This document shows positions 8,628 through 16,569 of a stretch of 16,569 nucleotides of DNA, one piece after another. The DNA is from an uncultured Nitrososphaeraceae archaeon (GTDB lineage: Archaea; Thermoproteota; Nitrososphaeria; Nitrososphaerales; Nitrososphaeraceae). Positions within the stretch are counted from its first letter, which is position 1, and every line of letters begins with the position of its first letter. The notes below the pieces were generated by a model. That model was not told the DNA's origin. It worked only from the letters and a program-made list of their open reading frames with translations, and did no database searches. The position numbers were made by a program, and so were the translations under genes. The stretch lies in NCBI GenBank assembly GCA_963765895.1, contig CAVXZB010000034.1, positions 1 through 16,569 on the forward strand. Reading direction: 5' to 3'.

Positions 8628-10336
8628 GTCACGCGGCATCCAAAGTTAACAGTAATAGTTAGGTAGCTTATCTCCCAAGAAACAGATCACCAGATGGCTC
8701 AAAGGATTGAGATCTTGACAACCATGATAGAGTGTTTCCCTTCCCAGTCTTGCACAGCACACTACTGTTTCATTTTTGAAGTAGTTTAATGCAATTCTCA
8801 CTATTCTGCATATACCTCCCCATCTAGTAAGCTGCATGTTTCCGCTAAATCTCTTGAATTACGCGAGCAGAGCTTAACCACGAGTTTTCAATATTTGTTC
8901 CTTCCAATATACCTTGATCTATAGGGCTAAATTGGCTAATTTTCTATTCACGTACATACGCTGCATGTATATTTCTTATCTCAATATGTTATCTGTTCAC
9001 TTCTGCTAATAGAACAAAACATTTCTTGCTTACGTATCCAGCCCTCTCCCTCCTCAACAAGTGTTCCTGGTTTTTTAAATAACAGCCGGCAATGATGAAT
9101 GTTGGTTGGAACCCCAGAAGCTATTTACAAACCTGCTTCGTTCTTGTAAATCGCTTTGGGGCTACACCATCAACTCATCTTACGTAGCCCTGAGATTGCT
9201 CATCCTGTATATCTACTGCAGCGAATACAATCTACTATATTGTTTCACAGGTCGACCTGATACAGTGAAGTTTAATATAGTTATCAATTGAGAATACAGC
9301 TGAACGCTAAGTTACAGAGTATAATGCATATTTTGACGACTCAGGAAATATGTAACTGTAAAAAGGACCAGTGACAGAGATAGCCTTCGTTATAGAATCC
9401 ATAATAGGGCATTCAAGGCTTGTTAAATCAGTGTGTATATTAAGTTGATAATTGAGTTCAAGTGAATGGTCTTTATCGAGGTATGAACTTATCCATTAAT
9501 ATTCATATTTATGGTATTGGATGATGAATAAATGACTGAGAATTTATCTTAGATGATTTAGTTTAATCTATCAATGTATAGAGTATAGTTAAAGGGTGAG
9601 TGTATAATTGTAATCCCTTCGTTTTAAACTGTCAGTTCGATATTTTCACTGACATGATACGATGAAGGTTGGCCTGTAGGCCTATTCTCCTTTAAGGTCA
9701 TCACTTCTGGAAAAATGGTACTAGACAATTGTATCAGAAGGACTGATAATTCCAGCCAACCCTCACCAGTATCTAACTTGTAATCTATTTATTTATTGCA
9801 TATTTAGAATTCGGCAAGAGGTACAAAACTATAAGACTTAAGAAAGGAGGGATAAGGATATACCGGCTAAAATTATGGAAACAAATCAATTACAGACATC
9901 TCAGTAAACATACTGGATAGCATAATTATCAGAGCATATGCTGGCTTATCGATCAGATAACAAGAAACAGACCCAAGATTAGCATAAGCGCAACCGGGAT
10001 CCCTATGCCAGCGGTTAAACTACAGCGCTTAATCTACAAATTAAACAGGCTATCTGCCAGATTCTCGTTGTGATTTCTGAAATGAGGCATGATAATATTT
10101 TTGGAAGGTAGGGCCCAAATTTTGACGGTTATCCGAAGGCATAAGATGAGATATCCCAGATTACAATGTGACAGTTACAAGATAATCGACCTGCATGGAG
10201 ACATATTAATTATCTAGAGCCATTGGTGAAGATGATATCCTTGAAGAGTTAGAGAAGACCTTGCTGGGCCTGCAGGATTTAATTGGTGTCAGGATTAGTT
10301 GATGTAGGCTATTAAAAAAGGAAAGAAATGCTTTAG

Positions 10337-10570
10337 AGATCTGAACCATCCTATATTCGACATAGGGGAGAACAATCAGTATTAAAGATCAAAGATGGCG
10401 ATCATCACCATGCTAAAGGAAGATGGGTTGTAGAAAGAACAAATTCATGGTACAACAGGTTCAGAAAACCTTTGGTTATGTATGAGAAGTTAGAAAGCTA
10501 TTATGCGTTAGTAGTATGTTTAGGCTGTTGCATTATTATTTACACGAGAATAATTTTGGGATAGGCTCTT
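10337..10570 (+). mobile_element. 3' remnant of a second IS5-family element (IS427/IS1031-like): transposase C-terminus and right end
   Basis: Absent from the ORF track. Translates as RSEPSYIRHRGE...RWVVERTNSWYNRFRK..MYEK...CCIIIYTRIILG* (TAG 10562-10564) and runs into the putative IR ttttgggataggctct followed by a TA-containing site. No matching left end was found. Confidence 0.8.
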
Positions 10571-10788
10571 AGTATGATAACTTCGGAAGAACAATTAAGG
10601 GAGAGAGATGAACCAACCAATAAAGGAATAGGATAGAATAAGATAATATTAAATTATATATTATCTATGGATGATGAATATTCAAATATTCAAAGCAGAT
10701 CTCATTTTCTTTATCACAAAGTCCCAGAAATTCTGAAATCTGAATGTATAATTCAATAGGCTTATTGGATAATTAATTGTTAAATGAA

Positions 10789-10854
10789 GTAGCATGCGCC
10801 GCTAAGGAGCAGCCAAACACGCTACAACGTTAACAGACCCTTTCGTCATAGGGT
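10789..10854 (-). other. GC-rich hairpin pair (candidate structured RNA or leader element)
   Basis: Minus strand GUAGCGUGU-UUG-GCUGCU-CCUU-AGCGGC-GCAUGCUAC (10825-10789) forms 15 bp including 3 G-U pairs. A second small stem ACCCU...AGGGU lies at 10837-10854. Confidence 0.35.
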
Positions 10855-11409
10855 AGGCTTTATTAATTCGACTGAGTATTCATATTAGTTTTTAGGTACA
10901 GCTGTCTAACTATTTCCTTTAGACAAATTTAGATTAGACTTATTATTTAATATCTTCAATCAAGACAAGATATGATTAGCATTTTTATAGAATTGTCATA
11001 AACTATTTGTTAGACTGTCTAGAACAGCCTACTTTAGCCCTCTGCATGATATCTAGTTTTAATACACTATCCTAGGATGAAACTATGTCTTTTGTGATAC
11101 ATTAAAAGGTTTATTGTTAAATAGTTTCAATACTTTATGAAGGATTCTTATTTGGATCCCCTACGATGATCTGAAATATTCAACTTAATTCAGAGGTTAA
11201 ATGGAGTCGCTGACTATATTGCACTTAATTTTCTTGTTTAGCAACATGGTCTCCTGAATCCCGATTAATCTATCTATCTTCATTTCAATAAATGATTCAC
11301 GTATCATCAGAAGAAAACGATATCCCATAGTCCAATATCTATCAGTCTAGGAGTTTATTATATAGGATATATTTTATGACAATCTTGATTGACTGCTTCT
11401 AGTTCTTAC

Positions 11410-11880
11410 TTAATAATGCAGCGTTCTTGTTCTAATCTTTTCTCGTCTCACGATCGCGAAAAAGAATAATCCAAGAGCGGCAAAACCCATGATTGCCAAT
11501 AACAGCTCTAGACTAGATGATTCAATCTCAGGTATAAACAGATCAAGTTTTGATACTATTACATGGATAGCAAATATTGCAAATGCAATGGCGACGTAAA
11601 GAATGCGTTTGGATTTTAACCTCATATATGCGAGTAGAGATAATGAAAAGAGAATAGCAGCAAATATTCCAGTCCCAAGATCAAAAAACTCAGCAAGGTT
11701 TCCCTTATCAAGTAAGTCAGTAACAGACTCCTCATGACTAGTACTATGAAGTACTATAGCTGAAACATCACGTATATTTGATAGAACCACTGAAGCAAGA
11801 GAAAGAAGAAAAACGGTAATTATCGAGATATGCCCGTAATATATTTTGTCTTGTTTATGAATCATCTTGCCTATTCTCAT
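11410..11880 (-). CDS. Hypothetical membrane protein (about 4 hydrophobic segments)
   Basis: Hydrophobic stretches IITVFLLSLASVVL, GIFAAILFSLSLLAY, ILYVAIAFAIFAIHVIV, LLLAIMGFAALGLFFFAIV. Overlaps the stop of the upstream wHTH gene, suggesting an operon. Confidence 0.8.
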   Translation of the reverse strand: MRIGKMIHKQDKIYYGHISIITVFLLSLASVVLSNIRDVSAIVLHSTSHEESVTDLLDKGNLAEFFDLGTGIFAAILFSLSLLAYMRLKSKRILYVAIAFAIFAIHVIVSKLDLFIPEIESSSLELLLAIMGFAALGLFFFAIVRREKIRTRTLHY

Positions 11881-12514
11881 ATAATTTTTCCTCCTTTGTA
11901 AATATCGCTTTGTCGATATACTTTTTACCCTCCCATCCAGACGCCGATGCCAAATCTAGGAAGAGTTCAGCAAGTCTGCCTGATAGTTTGCTCCAAATCG
12001 TAGGATAATAAGACTTTAGAAGATAAATTATATCTTTGACATCGCCTTCTATAAAGTACTTTACAAATCGACCCTCTTTATGACTTGTTACTAGTCCATA
12101 ATTAATTAGATTTGACATATTCCAATTGATTGTGGGTGCAGTTAATTTCGTATAACATGATATTTCTCATTGAATCGAACCAGGATTTTCAACAAGAAAT
12201 AGTATAATCTCTCTTGGAGTTTCTTGCTGTAGTACAGCCAATATATCTTCATCTCTTTTTCCTAAGATGGCGACCGTGTAATACACTTTGTACATACCCT
12301 TACGTCTTGATTTTATCAATCCTAACTTGTCAAGTACGCCTAGGTGATGTTGGATGTCGCCAATGGCTAAAGCCAGATTTTTACTTAGCTTCCTGAGGTG
12401 AGTACCAGGATGATCCTTAATATAATCATATATTCGACCTCTGTTATCCGATATAATCAGATCCATTTCCTCACCAGCAATGTCTTTCGGCATTACACAA
12501 ATCCTCACAATCAT
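11855..12514 (-). pseudogene. Double winged-helix (ArsR-like tandem HTH) transcriptional regulator with one in-frame TGA
   Basis: Domain 1 NRGRIYDYIKDHPGTHLRKL...IQHHLGVLDKLGLI; domain 2 PREIILFLVENPGSIQ*EIS...APTINWNMSNLINYGLV. The two track ORFs share a frame (660 nt total) and are separated only by TGA 12167-12169. Confidence 0.85.
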
Positions 12515-12757
12515 ATGTCAAATGGCGCTACCTCATCCCTTTCATTTTGTCGGCTTCTTCCATATATATTTCAATTAAAAGACAACAGGTCTGTAATTCT
12601 AAATCTTTTTCTGATTTATGGTACACTTCTCTAAATGTGATCTGTTTGATAGTATACAGCCAACAAGGCTAATCACAGACAAATGTGACTATGTCATTAA
12701 ATAATTAATTCTGATTGCAACCTAGAAAGGCAAAGTCTCAAAAACTAAATTATTGAA

Positions 12758-12980
12758 TTATATACGGCTTTATTAGTTGGTGTACTGACGTCGACTCTGG
12801 TTGCATTCCGCTTATCATGATGACTGTTCGATGACTATTACCTCTGCAACACGCAATATTAAAGATGGGAAATCAGTATACGACATAGCGATTATCAAAA
12901 ACAATAACCAAGCTTACGATGAAGTTGTGGATGTCAGTAATGGTCACTGTCACAAATCAAATGACAAGTGTGAGAAATGA
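12758..12980 (+). pseudogene. Possible remnant of a secreted PepSY-like protein
   Basis: Signal-like LYTALLVGVLTSTLVAF, then in another frame (12831-12980) MTITSATRNIKDGKSVYDIAIIKNNNQAYDEVVDVSNG, resembling the PepSY vY.v......v.vD..nG pattern. Confidence 0.35.
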
Positions 12981-13489
12981 ATAACTCATTTGCTATTTGC
13001 TACAGATTTAGATTATGTCATCCAGGTTTCTATGGATCTAAAGGTGGAGAATGAACTGACGGTATTGGCGCTATCATTCCATTGATGCGAAGAATAATTA
13101 AACCAGTAATAGAACCTAAGTTAGTGCTAAAACCAAGTGCAGATATTTCTGTGAGTGCCAGATTGTATAAAGCCTGTGATAGTCTCTACCCAGACCTGCT
13201 AATACAGATATGAGAGATATTAATACTAATACTGGCAACAACAGACCAATTCAAACAAACATTCGACGACTAATGGAGGAAAACTCATTCGCCTTTCAAT
13301 CCCTACCACCATAGTACAATTCAAATTCAAACCCTGATCGGAGCTGTGAGCTGATCCATTTAGACTCAAAATCCTAGATTTTTCTTACATAGAGCCCGGA
13401 TGTCATCTCCCAGATCTAATTCATGAAAGCTATTAATTATAAAAGTCAGTATCATAAAGAGAAACAGTAAAGTATTATTGTCAGCATAT

Positions 13490-14423
13490 TCAATTCCAAT
13501 ATTTTAAACCAGCCTCTAAACTACGGATTCTATTATAGATAATTGAGTGGTCAGCACCGACCTCAGCAGTTAAATAGAGTAGAAGATCCTCACCAAAAGG
13601 CATAGTAATACGTTTAACTTTTTCATATTCGGCCAATACATACATTCCCCTACCGATCTTGTCTGAAAATCCATCCCGTACTTTCCAAGCGAGCCATAGC
13701 CATTTCGAGAGATTTTTTGCTTTCATCTTTGCTCAGTAAATTCTGTACACCTTCACGATGACGATAAAAAATTATATTGCCATTTGCATCGCATATCGTT
13801 ACTAACCGTATCCTCGGGTCGATATTCATAATATCTTTGTAATGTTGTCTTATTTTATACACTCTAATTCTTAGTAACGAGCTCATTGCATAACCATATA
13901 TTGCTCCCCATACAAGGTGGAATACTATTGCCATAAGTGCAATGTTTATTATTGAATGGCTCAGTTGGTCCGCCAATACGGTCTTTTGCCATGCAATTGC
14001 TAAAATTACAACTATGCGCTGAATGGAAGGCTGTATTAAAAGGGATGTTATTGGGAGAAATAATATTAACCATACAACAATGCCTGCTCCTATTCCGAGC
14101 AATGAACTTTTTACTGGAATAAGAAGGCGTATTTTCCTCCATCTGATTCCGATACCCCCAAGTACAGTTCCTATCAGTGTGCCAATTACTAAATGAAGAC
14201 CAAATCCTAAATATCCAGCATTTACAACATTGTTCAAACCCAAGGTAATGCCAATAATTGAATAAAATGTACCCATACGCAAACCAGATGCTATTTCAGC
14301 TACCGCGACGGCCAATGATATGAGCAAAGTTGCAATTAGACCAGCGAACGCACCATATTTTAGCCCTTTTAACGTTACTAGCAATTCGTTTCTGCTCTTG
14401 TTCTTGGCGTGAATTGACTGCAT
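13490..14423 (-). pseudogene. Multi-TM membrane protein fused to a C-terminal DUF6659-like (roadblock/profilin-like) domain; single frameshift as sequenced
   Basis: TM region followed by IMNIDPRIRLVTICDANGNIIFYRHREGVQNLLSKDESKKSLEMAMA. Removing one base at ~13691 continues AWKVRDGFSDKIGRGMYVLAEYEKVKRITMPF. An SD-like AGGTGA precedes ATG 14423. Confidence 0.75.
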
Positions 14424-15148
14424 ATAGTTCACCTAACAACCGCTACCTCTTTATTCTGTTCTAGGTTACTACAGTTACTGTTCTCACCCAGCAATTTTCT
14501 TTTTAGTATGCTTATATGATATGCTATCGAGATATCATTATAAATAGTTCTTATCATATAGCGCCAAACTGGCCCGAGTACAAAATTACTGGTAATGAAT
14601 CGATATGATTCTGGAGTATAAACACGCAGCCTTAAATTTTGGCACATTAATAATCTCATATAAAAAGATAAATATAAAGTCCATGTTAAAAATATGTTAC
14701 GTTTAAACAATAATTAAGAACCTGGGACTAACAAATGTTAATTATTTTAAATAATCATACCTAATAAAGTCGCGTCTGTTAAAGTTAATTGAATCAAGCC
14801 GATATCAAGATGGTTTAATGGATAATTAAAGACCCTGATCCAAAAGTTAAGCTATATTACGTGTTATATCGCCACCTGAAACTTATAGAATCATAGTCGA
14901 TCCTAAATAAGGAACTAATTTCGAGTAATGTGAAACCAACTTCTCAGTAATTACAGAAAAGTTCACCCATGATAGAATTACTCAGCTCTCCGTTAGTAGA
15001 ATCATGTAATAGTGCTTACATATGTATGGTGTACAGAACGTTTGTGTATTAATAATTTAGAATATTGGACTAATGCAAATATAATAGTTATCAATTGTTA
15101 AATATTATGTCCAATAGCCTTATATTCTTTAAGCCTCTTAAACTAGAG

Positions 15149-15301
15149 ATGTTAGAAAATATAGCATACTTCGGTCTCGGCTTTGTAACCGTTTTCCTTG
15201 CACTTGAAGCAGCGTGGCACTTTACGGCCTGCAAGATACACGACAAATCCATAAAGTCATGTATGTACAAGCAAGTAAAAATGGTATTAGTACGAACTTA
15301 A
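15149..15301 (+). CDS. Small single-TM membrane protein (50 aa)
   Basis: MLENIAYFGLGFVTVFLALEAAWHFTACKIHDKSIKSCMYKQVKMVLVRT. A TATA-like AT tract at 15121-15133 precedes ATG 15149. Confidence 0.6.
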   Translation: MLENIAYFGLGFVTVFLALEAAWHFTACKIHDKSIKSCMYKQVKMVLVRT

Positions 15302-15356
15302 CAGATACCGGAAGCTGATACATAGGTGGTGAAGGCCACTTGTTTGCAGAGCATGA

Positions 15357-15677
15357 ACAGAAATCCAGAAAGGTATTGAATCGGAGTTTCTTGAAGTTAT
15401 TCAAGATGCTAAAAAAGCAAGGGATGTTTATGTTGACCTTGCACGATCGATAGAAAACGAAGGCCTATTGCTCTTTCCTAAGCGTATGGCTTTGGTAAGA
15501 TCTGGTAAACTGGGAACTGTGGATTATTTAATTAGAGCTTCCAACAAGAATGCATCAATAAAATTTATTTGCCTGATAGCTGAAGAAAATTCCCAGATCA
15601 TAAAAATAATTTCTGAGAAGGCACCATCAATGAAGATCCTTAATGGTGGGTATTCTCAGTCTGGTTCTGGTATTTAG
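15357..15677 (+). pseudogene. Fragment of a paralogous histidine-kinase sensor domain
   Basis: EIQKGIESEFLEVIQDAKKARDVYVDLARSIENEGLLLFP...LGTVDYLIRAS aligns by eye with EIEEGIVVGTTEVLQDPQITKETFVDMIKSAEKEVLLFCP...IGIIDQMIEAA of the kinase at 4268-6169. It lacks a proper start and the kinase core. Confidence 0.75.
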
Positions 15678-16047
15678 CGAGATTCCAACAATCTTTCTTA
15701 ATCTAAACCTGATCCTATTACATCCAAATCTTTTGGTTAATCGTAGATCAAGGATATCTCTTTTAGTTCTGGTGTTATCTTCTTGTAGATGATATTACAG
15801 GGTCTTCTTGAGGCATCTGATAAACCTTCAATTCCTTTCTGTTTGTATCTGTTATTACGCTTGTAGTAAGTCTTTCTGGATATACCCTATCTCCTACAAA
15901 TATTGCTTATGGTATCACCAATCCATTCTTTTTCATGTATTAAATTAAACTTTGTTTTAATTTCTATATGGATACACCTCATGACAGAGGTGTAACCCAT
16001 GTCGGTAAGCTATAATGTCACCGATGTCGCTAAGTTCAAGTTCAACA
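15663..16047 (-). mobile_element. IS481-like remnant: left end plus degraded transposase N-terminus
   Basis: Minus-strand end begins TGT at 16047, followed by two 19-bp subterminal repeats. From ATG 15982: MRCIHIEIK...ISNICRR*GISRKTYYK...GIEGLSDASRRP, then frameshifted ILDLRLTKRFGCNRIRFRL..VGISLNTRT. No integrase core remains. Confidence 0.8.
15991..16034 (+). repeat. Two 19-bp direct repeats (putative transposase-binding sites)
   Basis: tgtaacccatgtcggtaag (15991-16009) and tgtcaccgatgtcgctaag (16016-16034), 16/19 identical. Confidence 0.75.
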
Positions 16048-16327
16048 TCTATCTTTAGCCAGCTTGCGTTCTCGTACTACACTGCAGTCATAGTACAATA
16101 ACCTTGCGAGTTATCTAGCAGTATATCTATAGACATAGAGTCTGGAGTAATTTTTAATCTTCTTTATTGTCACTTTGACAAAAGGAATGTTCTTTTTAAT
16201 AAATCCCTCGAACTGTTCTGAAAGACCGTTACTTCCAGTAAGAATCATTTTAACACCATCTTTTCTGCAACTTCACCTTATGATTCGTAATTTATTCTGG
16301 TTAATATGATCAAGTTCTGGTTGCCTG

Positions 16328-16534
16328 TCATTTTGATCTATTAATATTCGGAGTTCCGTTTCCTCCAATACAGATATCATATTTCGTAATATTCTGAGGA
16401 AGGTATTTATTGGCACACACCTGTCGCTGTTAGAAAGTGCTCGCGTAAGTTGTATTAGTATATGATAGGCTCGCTATCAGAATTCCAGTAATTGTTCCTA
16501 TTGCAAGTATTGTCACAAGTCCACTTTTGTTCAT
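16328..16534 (-). pseudogene. Small secreted protein with premature TAA
   Basis: MNKSGLVTILAIGTITGILIASLSYTNTTYASTF*QRQVCANKYLPQNITKYDICIGGNGTPNINRSK*. Signal-peptide-like N-terminus; TAA at 16430-16432. Confidence 0.45.
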
Positions 16535-16569
16535 TACGTTATACTTATAGAGAGTTATAATCATATATT

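Noticed and set aside
8017-8837. Three minus-strand ORFs
   Set aside because: Two are antisense to the SDR; the third (63 aa) has no recognisable features.
9106-9291. 61-aa ORF, 12-bp palindrome caggtcgacctg (9248-9259) and atttacaa/ttgtaaat IR
   Set aside because: Isolated features with no gene context or repetition.
12167-12169. Selenocysteine or stop-codon reassignment at the in-frame TGA
   Set aside because: Not a Cys-type position, no SECIS seen, and TGA, TAA and TAG all terminate other genes in the window.
12214-12634. Two plus-strand ORFs
   Set aside because: Antisense to the wHTH gene.
13864-14710. ORFs 13864-14142, 13937-14122 and 14429-14710
   Set aside because: The first two are nested in the membrane fusion gene; the third has a TTG start in AT-rich promoter-like DNA and no motif.
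15991-16034. Direct repeats considered as a mini-CRISPR array
   Set aside because: Only two 19-bp units with a 6-bp spacer and no cas genes; better explained as IS481-type subterminal repeats.

Overview
AT-rich accessory region, most likely from a soil ammonia-oxidising archaeon (Nitrososphaerales). This call is inferred from archaeal bud32, a stand-alone MtrA-like gene, single-domain receivers, a DUF6659-like domain and lineage-typical IS elements. Apparently intact genes: the MtrA-like corrinoid protein, a receiver / soluble histidine kinase / receiver cassette, a 4-TM membrane protein and a ~50-aa membrane peptide. Many other genes are interrupted: an HTH gene, bud32, an SDR oxidoreductase, a double winged-helix regulator, a membrane protein fused to a DUF6659-like domain, a PepSY-like remnant, an HK sensor fragment and a small secreted protein. 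Mobile DNA comprises one fully delimited IS5-family element (TIRs plus 8-bp TSD, dead transposase), an IS5 3' remnant and an IS481-like left-end remnant. No rRNA, tRNA or CRISPR array was seen. I cannot demonstrate a new system. The best candidates are the two-His membrane domain fused to the DUF6659-like domain, the tandem PLD/TrmB-fold kinase cassette, the anchorless MtrA-like protein and a strand-specific hairpin with adjacent repeated motifs. All family names come from motif recognition, not database searches.
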